Shown here: one piece after another, positions 22,228 to 33,249 of the stretch | How the letters are laid out: each line of letters starts with the position of its first letter | Position numbering within the stretch: position 1 is the stretch's first letter | Source: Amphiscolops sp. MND2022 | Lineage: Eukaryota | Assembly (NCBI GenBank): GCA_964187785.1 | Contig: OZ076409.1 | Coordinates: 17,858,001 to 17,922,000, forward strand | Reading direction: 5' to 3' | DNA: 64,000 nucleotides | Notes under the pieces: generated by a model | The model's database searches: none | Told to the model about the DNA's origin: nothing | What the model saw: the letters and a program-made list of their open reading frames with translations, nothing else | Position numbers and translations under genes: made by a program

Positions 22228-23519
22228 ATGGAATCCTTGCCCGAAATTGATGTAGTTAACTCTAATCCCTCTGAATTGCTTGCAACCCCTTTGAATATAA
22301 CTATTCAACAAATAGTTAACGAAGATAATAACTCTTCCTCCAACTCTCAAGATCCTATAGAAAATATCCCTATTGAACAAGTAGATCATGTCAACACAAG
22401 ATCTCAAAAAAAAAGTACCCAGATATAACCGCAGATAAACCTTTTATGGAATCTGGCGCTTGCCCTCCTTTCATAAAACCAATTAAACAAGATGAAGATA
22501 GAGATTGTGAATTAGTTCCTATTCTCTCGTCGAAACAATTCACATTTCAATCTCAGTTAACTTCGTTATACATGATCCCAACAAAATACAAATTCATCAT
22601 CAGAGAATTTAAAAATGATTATCATACATCAATTGCTTCAAAACTGATTACCCCATATGATTGGTGGTTAAACAATAAAGTGAAAATTTTCTCACTTCAA
22701 TACAACTTTCTCAGACCATCTCCATATGATCTCCGAACAGAAGAAAATGATGCAAATTTTTTGCCATATCAAATCAAAAAGGCCCACCATATGACTTATC
22801 AAAAGTTCCTTCAATATAAAGAGCCCGATAATTATATATTCTTCAACTCCAAATATACATCGCCATTCACCTTCAACTCAGAATATTTAATAGATCATAC
22901 CAAAACAAAAGGAAAACTTAGAAATTATGACCCGCTGAAACAAAGTTTTCTCTTCCTTCCAAATGATAACCCAAAAAGACCAATCATTGTTCCACAAGAA
23001 TACCTCATTCTAAACGACGATTCGTTACTACAAGAAGATATACCTCAACATATATCTGATCCTCTTCCTCCACTTCAACAAATAGCCTCTCAACCATTGG
23101 GAGACTGTGAAAAATCTTATTTTCACGCAATGATCAAAAAGGGATATTCAAATAATGAATTAATTTTCATTATTTCCCACTTGCTTTCACTTCTTACAAA
23201 TGGAAATCACAAAGAATATAAAAGGGCAAAACAAGAATCGCCTAAGAAAACCAAAAATGATATTCCTCAACCACAAAGCTTTCGCCCAACAGATGAATTA
23301 CAGAAATATACAGAAATTCTGAATATCATAAAACCGTATCATCATCCAAACCGAGATATTCTTATAACAATCGCTGAAATCGTAAATACCCTTGAACAAG
23401 CTCGAAGCATAATAAAAAATATCTTATTTGATACGACAAGAATTAGCCAATCAGCTTTGTGCATTCGCACATCCTTAGACGAATTCAACTACACTATTGA
23501 AAAAATGCATCGATCTTAA
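22228..23519 (+). CDS. Accessory ORF downstream of env (~430 aa if joined across the A9 run at 22406-22414), unknown function
   Basis: 66-aa ORF 22228-22428 overlaps the -1 frame leading into the 357-aa ORF 22446-23519; preceded by a candidate intron 22085-22200. Confidence 0.7.
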
Positions 23520-23925
23520 CTGGTAATTATGGGAAAATAGCTTTAAAGTTATTAACACTTATCACTTAATCTCTTAACAACCTGTCAAAAATAATTGAAT
23601 CTACACGCATATGCCTGCTATGCATGATTTTAATACTTACTTGATGTTAAAATACACTTTTAAAATGAAATAACATAAAAATTTCAATCACGACATAAAA
23701 ATTTTCAACGAAATTCTTCAATTGCTCCTCCTTTCAATGGACCGATTTCAATAAATAAGTACTTATATGAAAGATATTTAAATACCCTTCAAAAGACTTC
23801 CAAAATACAACAACTTAATACTTAAAATTAAAAAGTTATAACATCACAAAATTCAATAAAAAAATGTCAACTACGAAATTCTATTTTCAAAGGAACTTTA
23901 TTGTAAACAAACTAATCTATTTTAG

Positions 23926-24516
23926 GTGAATATCGTCACAACTGCTTCTTCAGCATTCCTTCCTTCTCTCAGGTCACCCATTCAAGAAGAATTCCGAAGT
24001 ATCCTCTACAGCTTTCAACGAAATTTTCTCATTCTTCAATATGACAACTATCCACTCTGGCGACATTGACTGCCCGATAGCTCCTTTCCTTTCAATCTCT
24101 TCAGCTCGATTGCGATCCTTGATCCTGAAAAAGCATTTAACGACATTAAATGCGCAGCTTCGAACAGAAAAAAGGCTGACCCACATCTTACAAGGATGAT
24201 ATTGCTTAATATGTTCCAAATATTCCAAATAACAAGAATAAATTTCGACCAAAATCTCCATATTCATAAACATCCTGACACTTATTCAACTCAAAAGGAT
24301 GCCACTACCCAAACGGAACATACTACAATCAAATCCAAACGTTTACTACGAACCCTATCCAATAGAATGCGTTCCGAAATGGAAAAACAACGTCTAAATT
24401 CATATTGGCCCTCAGATGACAATGATGACACTGACGAAGACCTTCAAAAAGATCCCCCAGAAGCACTTTTAGACGATAACTATCCACACAAAACATATAC
24501 TTACGTTTCCTTCTAA
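23926..24516 (+). CDS. Second downstream accessory ORF, probably spliced; one in-frame TGA at 24067
   Basis: Frame of track ORF 24196-24516 extends to an ACTAAT..TTTTAG acceptor at 23925 with a single stop. Confidence 0.5.
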
Positions 24517-25544
24517 CATCAACAGACGCCACCAACAGCACCCGTCAACTCTCATCTTGGAATTCCACATCTTCAACGAGCAACAGATCAGCACCCATCT
24601 TCAATTTCATCGCCGCCCAACAGTTGCCCACCTTCATTCATCTGCTGACCCTTCTTCTTCCATCTTCCCATCGTCCATCATCACCCACATGCTCAGCCGA
24701 AGATGATCGATAATTACTAATAAAGAAAACTCAAAGAAAAAACATTGTGCATGATAACATTTCGAAAAGTTTCAAACTCATCTAATATTTAAAGAATTCA
24801 AACTTTTACCGAAATTATTCATTATGTAGTTATTATTTCAAATTTCATCCCCACCCATATTTATTTGCCCAAAAATCTTTTATTCACACCCGTACCGATA
24901 TTTATTTGCTTTATTTTTAAAGAATAATTAGTAATAATTATTATTTTTTGGTGCTATCCTATCCAAAAAATTCACAAATATTATCAACAAATCTTTTCAA
25001 ATTTCAACAAAACCAACTCAAAATCAGATCAAGCACATTGTTCAGATCAAATTTGAAAAATGACAGACCCAAATTCTCAAAGTTTTCAACATTTGTTACA
25101 TAACAAACCCGCCAAAGTTAATCACAACCTGAAATCTTTTCAAACGTATTTCACGTTCAAAAATTTTTTTTTCTTCTCAACAATATTATTTCTTTGACTC
25201 TTTGACCTATAACTCGTATGATGTTTACTCACGTTTGTTCAATGCGAAGTTCATTCAAAACTTCAACAGAAGCATAAAATTGAGCATCTACCAGTTCAAA
25301 AAACAAGCCGACGAAAGCATAGTGAAAAAGAACACTTTGATGCTTTTTGAACTGTAGTCGCACCTACGAGGTGTCAATCAAAATTTTGACAATTCGAGGT
25401 ACACCAATGAGTCGAACTACACCACTCTTAACGAGACTTATGCCAATCATACATCAAATGAAAAATGTTAACTAGCTGAAACGCTAAGAACATTTAAACA
25501 AAAAAATTTTTTTCATTTCATGATGCTACTTTAAATTTTTATTT

Positions 25545-25559
25545 AAAAACCGGGATGGA
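25545..25559 (+). promoter_or_regulatory. Polypurine tract
   Basis: AAAAACCGGGATGGA directly abutting the 3' LTR. Confidence 0.65.
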
Positions 25560-25827
25560 TGTACTGACCTACATTAATAACCAATAGTATTTAGATGTTT
25601 ATAGAATGTTCTAGAATGTACATTTATTTGTTATTGAATGATTGTAAATCTCTACTCCTTCAGAGAGAGAAAACTAATAACCAGTATTCAGTTGACTTCC
25701 CTTTTGTTCTACTCCTAACACCTCGGAATAGTTGTAATAAAGTAAGCTAGCTAGCCTGTCTCTCAGCCGCTTTTAGTAGTTGCGTATAAGACCATAAAAA
25801 CAATAACCAACCATTAAAAGCAGCACA
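25560..25827 (+). repeat. 3' LTR of the giant gypsy element
   Basis: Direct repeat of 7371-7638, preceded by a purine-rich tract and followed by TSD CTTG. Confidence 0.97.
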
Positions 25828-26591
25828 CTTGCATATGGACTCACATGAACGTTCAGTATTGTTTTCCTTTGTCTCGAAATTTTCCGGGGTCACCGAAAAC
25901 TGTTATTTTATACTTAGTTAAAGTTTAAAGTTCAAAGTCTTTAAAGTGAATTGCTGCATATCGATCGAGAGTGCTTTTCTGAAGTTTTAGAACGCAAAAA
26001 AGGAACTTAACAAATCTCACAGGGGTTTTTTAATTCTAAACAACCTCATACGTTGTTTGCATTTTTTGAGAAAAAAAAGTAGAAACGTTTTCGGTGGTTC
26101 TATTTCACTATAGTTTACTTTTTGCTACAAAAATCACTTGTAGATGATAAATATACTGTACTGTTTGCTGAGTTCATTTGGATTATATCAATGATCAACG
26201 AACTCTCTCCACTCCAAAGTCAATGCCAAGCAAGATATACTGAACTTTGTTAACTATTTTATTTGCCTGTCAGGCCTGTTATTTTCAAAATAGCTGAGAC
26301 TCTGAAGTACCATTGTTCTAAATTGTTCTTGAATTGTGGACCATTACCACGAAATGAAAACCTTGTTTGAAGACGGACATGAAAAAACTACTGGTAAAAC
26401 AACAAACAAACTACGAAGAGAATGCATATGTTAGCATCTGCACACAGAAAAGTCCCTTAATTTTGAATGGTAAGAGTAGGAAACCCAAAATCCTCGCTTT
26501 TTCTCTGTGTTCCTTAACAAGTGGTTAAAAGTGCTTTTAATTTTGGTAGTTTTAGGAGTTGACCGAAAAACAACCACGGCAGATAACTAAC

Positions 26592-26818
26592 GTGGCCTCA
26601 ATGGTGTAGGGAGTAGCAGCAGTGATGCCTGAGTCAAAAGTCTTCTCTCCGGCAGTAGCACCGGCTACTTCTACAGCAGCTTCACTCTGGATGACCAAAG
26701 ACACTCCTGTTCTTCCCGTTCCCGAAGTGGCAGCTGTCCAACTCACCGTGATAGAGTCAGACGCACATGTATCCAATGTCAATGTCGAAAGAGAATCCGG
26801 CAAAGTGCAAACAGTCAC
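26592..26818 (-). CDS. Host FN3-repeat protein exon
   Basis: ccag|..|gttagt, phase 0-2; VCTLP..SITVSWTA..GITAATPYTIEA. Confidence 0.85.
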
Positions 26819-27154
26819 CTGGAATTATGTCACGGTTTCGTTGAAAACTGTTTTCTAGATCCCATGGTTTTGAAAAGTTGACTCACTCATTCATTGTTCT
26901 TTTGAGTTAAATGATTTCCAAGATAATTCAGGGTTCTAGCATGGCAGATGCTCAGCGTTGCAAAATGTGTGCAACGCTAATTTTGAAAAAAAAAACAACT
27001 AAATTGGAACAACTTTAAAAGACTGCAGCGAAAGAAACTGACGGCAACATTTTTTCCGTGAAAACCCAATTTCTCATGAAAATTCTAGCGTAGTGCATCT
27101 TTAATTTCGCAATTGACACGAATCAACTGGGAGATGAGAGATGTCAAAACATAC

Positions 27155-27450
27155 TTCGGCAGAATATGGCGATTCAACGGAGCTGAAGAAAATAGTGGCT
27201 CGGTATTTGTACGTCTTCCCTGCAGTTAAACCACTCCTAAGAGTGTTGGCGTCAACAGGAGGATTACCCGGATCAGCATCATTGGGATAGTTAGCTTGGT
27301 CGGGATTGGTGATTACGACCCAATCGGAAGAACCTTCAACCTGCTCCTCAAGAGTGTACTTCTCATACCTTCTGTCCATTGACCCTGTGATTTGAAGCAT
27401 GATTTCAGTTGCGCTCTGCGCAGTCGCTGTTATCGTGGGTGCAGTTGGCC
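27155..27450 (-). CDS. Host FN3-repeat protein exon
   Basis: tttag|..|gtatgt, phase 1-0; PTAPTITATAQSAT..SGLTAGKTYKYRA..ESPYS. Confidence 0.87.
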
Positions 27451-28141
27451 CTAAAACAAACAAATTTTGAGTAAAAGGACCGGCCCACTTTGAAATAGTT
27501 TGATGAACGTTTGGAACGTACCGTGAACAGTTTCTCAGCAGTATTTTTTTTCAAGACAATTAATTTTCCTAAATGAAATGTAATACCGAAGAAGTAAAAA
27601 GATCCAGAGCCCTGATATTGGATGATCGCGGCCTGTTCTCTCTATAAGTCTCTATATATCACTTTGGGACATGAGCTAAAACTTTCTTAAAACGAAAGAC
27701 ATTTTGAAAGAATGCACTTTAGATCTTAGACTGATTTACGGAAATTTGGCCACTTTCTTTCCAAAATAGAAAATACAGCGCTAACCAGTAGGTCAAGTGC
27801 AAAACACTTTCCAACTTCGGCCAGCAGTTTCCGGCGGAAATTGTTGGAAAAAGAACTGCTCCGAAATCAAGTTTTTCCAACTTTTTAATAACAACGAAAA
27901 AATTTAGGGCAATGATGAACCACACCAACATGAGACTGACTGGCTGTAAAATATCTTTCTATGTTGCGCCATGCTTTGTGCCTAAATACACCGTTTAGTT
28001 TGTTTTTGATGCTATAACAATAGTGATATTTTAGCAATGGTTGCGCAACCATACGCAGAAAAGTTTTCAATGAGGATGTCCTTAACAAGCGGCTTTCATG
28101 AGATAACTGTCTAGTAGGATCTGTCAACCTTTTAGTTGATT

Positions 28142-28503
28142 TCAGGAATTTCCATGCAGAAACTATGGTAAAAACAAATCTGACATCCTTAAAAGATGAT
28201 CAGAACCTCAAAATTCGAATTCCACATAGAGTTGATTTTCTCAAACTAAAAAAATGGAAACGACAAAATGAAATATTGCATTGAAATTTGACAATTGAAC
28301 TTTTTTTGGCTCATCCGAATATTTCTGTATTAGAGAATAATGTTGGTTTAGTTCGAACTATACCAATACTATTCTCCGAATACAAAAATATTCGGATGAG
28401 CCAAAAAATGTTCAATTGTCAAATTTCAATGCATTATTTTATTTGTTTTAATTTTTTACATTTGAACGAACTGTCATCTTTTAAGTACGAGGAGATTTCC
28501 TGA
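28142..28503. mobile_element. MITE-like inverted-repeat element
   Basis: Inner arms ~28267-28324 and ~28387-28443 are near-perfect inverted repeats; outer TCAGGAA/TTCCTGA. Confidence 0.6.
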
Positions 28504-28857
28504 CTCGAGTCACTCGAGTGACTCGAGTCACTTTTAACAAAAGTCTTTTTGTGACTATTGGTAGGACTGTGAAAAACGATGTCTGAAATGGTTTCTAATT
28601 CATATATGATTATAAAATATCATATTTCAATCTCATTTGACAATGTTTCAACGCTGCCCATTAAGTTATAACAAAAACTTTCTAATAAAAACGAGACGAA
28701 GTTATGGCGTAGGGGTAAAATTCAATTTCACAAATGATTCGTTCTGCATGCCGGGCATTGCTGAACCTCTAAAGATTCAAGAAACTCTTCTGATTTTTTT
28801 GACTTTTCTCCAATGATTCAGACTACATTTATTCAGAATTTACCCTATTCAACAGAC

Positions 28858-29110
28858 CTGTACAGGCAGTTTTGAAAACAGGCGAGCTTTCCTTGTCAGC
28901 TGCCGCAGCCCCGTCTATATCTTTGCAGGCAGCGTGACTTTTCAGCTGGAAGTTGTAGCAGGTTTCGGCTGTTAGCCCAGTCAGAGCAATGGACGTAGCT
29001 GTTGGTTCGTCATCAGGATCAAAAGCACTGACTATAGTGAGTCCCCCCGCTTCTGATATTTTGTAGTGAGTTACCACACCCTGAGTTGGCGCAGTCCAAG
29101 AAAGAGTCAT
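28858..29110 (-). CDS. Host FN3-repeat protein exon
   Basis: ttcag|..|gtctgt, phase 0-1; MTLSWTAP..YKI..LTGLTAETCYNFQL. Confidence 0.87.
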
Positions 29111-30390
29111 CTGAAGAAAAACAAATTTCTATTGGTTTTGATGGTCTGATTGAAACTCGATCGAAGGTGAATGTTTTGCAGAACTGTCCAATCAACGCTT
29201 AGATACTTCAGACAACCTGTTCAATATTGCAAACAAACAGTAAAAGTTTCGATGATTTATCCATTTCATTCTAAAAACAAAATATCTCTTCTGAAAACAA
29301 ACATGACCTGGTTTTAGAAGAGAACCGAAAAACCTTGAGCGTATTACGGAAAATCTTGAGATGCCAGATTACCTAAAGTTCCGGAAATAGAAAATCTTCA
29401 GGATTGCATAATTTGGATTTTTAGTCCGGATCCAACTGTACCCTGGAGTGTGGAGAAGAGGAACCCGGTACATGATGTCCGAATAAAATCTTTAATCCAA
29501 GACCTGTGCCAGTTTATGAGAAATCTTTGAACCAGACTTTGATTTTAGTTGAGTTTAAAAAGATAATAACAACATAAAAATGAAATCTGTACAGCCAGGA
29601 ACAACTTGTAATGCAGAAAAAAAGTTATCTACAGTCGTATATGTTCCACATGAGATGCTTAAGGGTTTCTTTTTACTCAATGAAACACAATTTACAATCA
29701 TCTCTCACAAATTGTTTTGGGATTTTTTTCAAAATGCATATATATCTTGAGATATGTATGCAATTTGAAAGAAAAATCTCAAAACAATTTGTTACAAATT
29801 TGTCTTGTACCATAACAGTAATATCAATTACGGGTTATTCACTGCCAGAGAAGTGCCTCTCATCCAGATTCTGAACAATCCAATCAACTGTTGACTTTGG
29901 GAGTCGATCCCGTGCTACTCCTGGTAAATCAAAAATTCAGTATTGCTTCGCCTTTGTCAACTTTCCTTTTGAATCTGTACATTGTGAACCATAGGTTCTC
30001 ATGGTCCATGGTCCAAATACTTTAACTCCACGTTTTTAAAAAGGTTTTTGTGATCACTGTGAAAATATGTCCCATCGTGGTCCAGCGTTGCTTTTTTTTG
30101 GAATATACCAACTTGCCAAGATTTCTACTGAAATTCGTAGATGATTGCTGAATAAAACCCAGAAGTAGGAAGTGAAACCATTTAGCAATCATTAAACAAA
30201 AAATTCATTGCAGTAAAAAACTTCGTGTTTTTAATACTTGAGGAGTTATTTTTCATAATGTATACAATTATCTCAGTACTGTTTATGAATGGCTAGTGAT
30301 AAAACCTTTTTTTTCATTTTAATATTTACTATTGTTATTAGTATCAATATTATATAAGAGAAAGCAATTCATGATAAAAGACAAACACAC

Positions 30391-30575
30391 AGTGGTATCT
30401 GTAGGTTTGGGTGCTGTCGCCACTTGGAAGCCAGTTGGAGGGTCAGGCTCGGTGCAGTCCGTGACAATCGCCGACCACTCGGAGGATTTCTTCTCGAACA
30501 AAGTGATCACTCTCACATAGTACTGAGTGCCAGGAGTCAAGGACGTCAGAGAACCCGGATTATTCACCTTGGTAC
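30391..30575 (-). CDS. Host FN3-repeat protein exon
   Basis: tttag|..|gtgtgt, phase 1-0; LTSLTPGTQYYVRVIT..SSEWS..CTEPDPP. Confidence 0.85.
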
Positions 30576-31107
30576 CTAAAAGCAACCAATTCACCTCGAG
30601 CTCTACAAAAAATTGAACACCATTTTAGACAAAAACAAAACGATCGAACCATGAACAATTGCAACTTTCCTTCAGTCTTATTGTTTGATAAATGTTGTTA
30701 AGATCAAAAAGCAAAACATAAGATGCCCAAGACTAGGAGATTCGGTACTCATTGTAAAGAGGGTACATCTTTGGACTTTTTTGTTGATTTTGTTTTTTCC
30801 TAATCAGTGGAAACTGGCTGTTTTATTGTGTTTTAAGGTCGACCCTTGGTATCTATCTGCGGAAAGAACCAGAACAACTGCTTAGATATTCTTCATTCGC
30901 CAAAAAGGGATTTTTCTGTCAAAAAATTGCCAGTAGAGCATTCTTCACAATGGTGACAAAAAATGTTATCAATGGTATCAAATCATGCAAAATAAAACTT
31001 TATAGATTATTAACGCGTTGGCCATACCAATCGGATTAAGGAGTGTTTATTTGTAAAGTACTCGTAGGAAAAGCTTGTAAATTTAGGTGTTTTTAAGTAA
31101 GAAAGAA

Positions 31108-31109
<2 letters not shown>

Positions 31110-31155
<46 letters not shown>

Positions 31156-31164
31156 GAGAGAGAG
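31110..31164. repeat. (GA)n microsatellite
   Basis: GA run with one GT interruption. Confidence 0.95.
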
Positions 31165-31204
31165 CTAGCTATACACTTTTCTAGCATGCTCCATGCTCAC
31201 TAAC

Positions 31205-31315
31205 CCCCACAGTTGGTTTCAGACCAACAAGGTTGATCGGCGGTTGCCACAACAGATTCAGAGTCTACTGCTGTTGCACATTGACCCTCCGCTGTAACTG
31301 CAACCAGGCCTTGAG
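31205..31315 (-). CDS. Host exon: second half of FN2-like module 2
   Basis: ttttcag|..|gttagt, 111 nt, phase 1-1; QGLVAVTAEGQCATAVDSESVVATADQPCWSETNCG. Confidence 0.72.
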
Positions 31316-33249
31316 CTGAAAAAAAAAACATGTTTCAGTCCGTTTCTTAGAATGGCATGATTGAATGACCTAATAAAAAAATAATCATTTGAAGAATCTA
31401 TGCATCCAGTTGTTGCAGTTTAGTTTGTTGGCATTTCAAAGGATAACTAAAGAAAATGGCGAGTGCAATCAATTAATAAAAACCTCGCAAATTTAGCACA
31501 ACTGTCTGAAAATGGATACCTGACTTATTGCCGTGCGTTTTTGAAAGCTAAGCAATCTAAAGAGTGTGAAGTGCTTAGATTTATACTACAATAGTAAATT
31601 ACCTTCGAATATTGTTTTGCGCTTGCAAAAACGTTAGGTGCCTCGACAATAGACCAGGGTCTCAAATAGCTAAAAAAACTATCAAGTATCTCTTATTCAG
31701 ACAGGAGTCTCTGGAGGGTTTTCGAAAATTGCCGGGTAAGCTGTTCAATTGAGGCACCCCAAGCCTCCTAGTTTTTTTTCTTTGTTAAGCGAAGAGGTTG
31801 CCACCTATTAGGTGATCGAGTGGCGCGGAACAGAAGCTTTCTGTTGTTTTGAAATTGTACATAGACACGGCAGTTTGAAAAGTAGCCTGCAAAAGATTCA
31901 TCTTTTGTTCCGCTCGTATCATTCAGGCTTTTCAAGAACATTTCAACGTTGAATTCTAGCTTCGCTGTTGATAACTAGGCCATGATTTTGTGCATGCACT
32001 GAGAGAGCAGAAAAAATCCAGACTGAGCGTGGAATCGAGAAGATTAGTCAAACTTGTCTGAGTGATCGATGTGTGTAAAACTGCTGAAAATCGCAAACGG
32101 GTTGACACGAGATGAGAGCAATCGTTTATGCTACGATGACAGCTGATTCGTTATCGTCTTTTTTCATTCCGAAGTCCGCGAATGTTTCCGAGGCAGCGAT
32201 CAATTTTATCTGGTTGCGAGGTGTTCCATTTGTTAATGTTTGCATGGGAGTAAGTGGTTATGTCTAAGGCGCGTGACTCTTAACCATGTGGTGCATTTTC
32301 ATGGACAGTGGCAGACCGCTATGCGCTTCAATTCACATTGGTGTTGAAACTCTGCTGAGATTGCTTCTTGCCATTGGAAACGGTACATGCCAGTTCTGTT
32401 TGGGTTCGGCAAATGCACGTAGCGTGCGGTGCATGAGATCGAGGCTGTGTGTGCGCTAGTAGCGACCCGGACTTTTTGAGAAGAAGTACCGCAAGGCCGT
32501 GCACGGGCTGAAATTGATCAAATAGTGAGCGCTTCTAAAGGATTTTTCTCCTCGAATGGGCCATCCGACAGGAGTAGACGAAAAAACAGTGAGTTAATTT
32601 TGCTAAGCACAGCCAAGGGAGGAATAGATGTAGTGAATTGTCAATTGGGTGTTTCTCCGCCGTGGGCTTCATTCAAGGCATAGTAAGTATATAGCAGCAA
32701 AACTCCAACACTGGCGTGAACTGTCTTCGAAGGCATTTTTTGAATCGATAGCTTGAATAAATTCATGTGCACATCTGTGGTGATATTGGAAAAACACCAG
32801 CTTTTCCGAAGTGTCTATGATGGCTGAGTCCGAAGTGAGGCTGCGATAGTTCAGTGGGCCACTTGTAAAAATATGTTCTTTAGACCGTCTTGAGGCAGAC
32901 GATGTGTATATAAATGTTTTTCTCAGCATGACTTGGTTGTACAAATTGAGATGTTGATTGTCTAGCACTGACTAAATTGAATATCCTTCCACGCTTACGC
33001 AGAGCCCCAACGAAACCATGCAAAACATGAACAGTGGAAGTTGATCCTTTCGTGAAATTGTCTCTATCTCTTCGAGAAAAGAGTATTGGATTTACGCAAA
33101 AACGAGATTGTGGCAGGCCTGACACAAAAAAGTGCAATAGAAGAAACTCGTTCAATTAAAGGAAACTGACATTGATTAAATTAACATACTGAAATTATCT
33201 ACTTTTGTTTATTATTGTTTGTCGAAGTTTACTGTTTGTCTGCAGTTAT

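Larger units (their letters stand above)
7371..25827 (+). mobile_element. Giant env-bearing Ty3/gypsy LTR retrotransposon (endogenous retrovirus-like), 18,457 bp, in a host intron, antisense to the host gene
   Basis: Two 268-bp TG...CA direct repeats; CTTG on both flanks (7367-7370, 25828-25831); PBS-like and PPT-like sites; domain order CA-ZnK-PR-RT-RH-IN; env and extra ORFs. Confidence 0.97.

Noticed and set aside
31700..33200. Possible LTR or coding remnant upstream of the decayed gypsy
   Set aside because: No second copy found near 37.5-38.4 kb and no diagnostic motif
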